From assembly GCA_046330155.1 (NCBI GenBank), contig JAXLTH010000005.1, positions 17,417 to 81,416 of the forward strand: DNA of 64,000 nt. The letters run 5' to 3'. The notes beneath the pieces were generated by a model. It saw only the letters and a program-made list of their open reading frames with translations. It ran no database searches and was not told the origin of the DNA. Source of the DNA: Fimbriimonadales bacterium. Its GTDB lineage: Bacteria; Armatimonadota; Fimbriimonadia; Fimbriimonadales; Fimbriimonadaceae. Positions 63,864 through 64,000 of the stretch are shown piece by piece (position 1 is the first letter of the stretch; each line of letters opens with the position of its first letter). The translations under genes were made by a program, and so were the position numbers.

Positions 63864-64000
63864 GCGCAGCGACGGCTTCGCCGCCGTTGTTGTTCGAAGG
63901 ACCGAAGAAAGCACTCGGAGTTCGTCAAGGAATGGGCGCTTCAGGCTCCGGCTTCTGACGAGTTGGGCACCTTGCGAGCCCAACTCATTCGACTACCGGC

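Noticed and set aside
63960-63986. 9-bp perfect hairpin GAGTTGGGC-N9-GCCCAACTC after ispG
   Set aside because: There is no adjacent T tract on the plus strand and it lies about 100 nt from the ispG stop. It may belong to a gene beyond the right edge, so it cannot be interpreted within this window.
1-64000. Scan for tRNA/rRNA genes, CRISPR arrays, IS elements, integrases, toxin-antitoxin pairs or known defence-system genes
   Set aside because: I found no T-loop or anticodon-arm patterns in intergenic regions and no regularly spaced repeats. None of the translated ORFs shows transposase, recombinase or defence-type motifs. Base composition is uniform apart from short AT-richer promoter regions.

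Overview
High-GC (about 60%), densely coded bacterial chromosomal window with about 65 supported CDS. I recognised no rRNA, tRNA, CRISPR array, transposase or integrase. The pilin-like '[29 protein letters not shown]' family, the Firmicute-like flagellar gene order and an scpA-scpB-dac-rluB block suggest an Armatimonadota-like or PVC-like diderm; this is inference only. Contents from left to right: a secreted protein truncated by the left edge and missing from the ORF track; aroE; an LptD-like outer-membrane protein; an ECF sigma / anti-sigma / polytopic membrane protein module; two TrkA/RCK genes; a 1031-aa MASE1-like multi-PAS histidine kinase; galE; two secreted proteins about 10 kb apart that share a C-terminal domain; greA; a GT2 plus Wzm/Wzt-type ABC exporter cluster; a DUF2207-LemA pair; an operon of a membrane protein, phenylalanine-4-hydroxylase and a GlmL/MutL-like ATPase; an operon of LacI, GH13 amylase, a prepilin-like protein and a small TM protein, with a perfect 20-bp operator palindrome; a flagellar operon flgB-flgC-fliE-fliF-fliG-fliH-fliI-fliJ followed by a lytic transglycosylase, an MgtE-N-like protein and a CheY-like receiver; a pilin-core protein lacking the pilin leader; sugar-metabolism genes; a NYN/LOTUS protein; GH20 hexosaminidase; mntH; dnaB-purD; a NarL-type two-component system; a stand-alone PafA/Dop (Pup-ligase family) gene; scpAB; a D,D-carboxypeptidase; rluB; an M32 carboxypeptidase; an AlkP-family enzyme; a stand-alone C-terminal half of metH behind a 223-nt structured leader; and ispG. 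The best candidates for follow-up are the orphan PafA/Dop homologue, the pilin-like proteins wired into carbohydrate operons, the shared secreted C-terminal domain, and the PAH/GlmL-like operon. All family calls come from motif and pattern reading of the translations; no searches were run.
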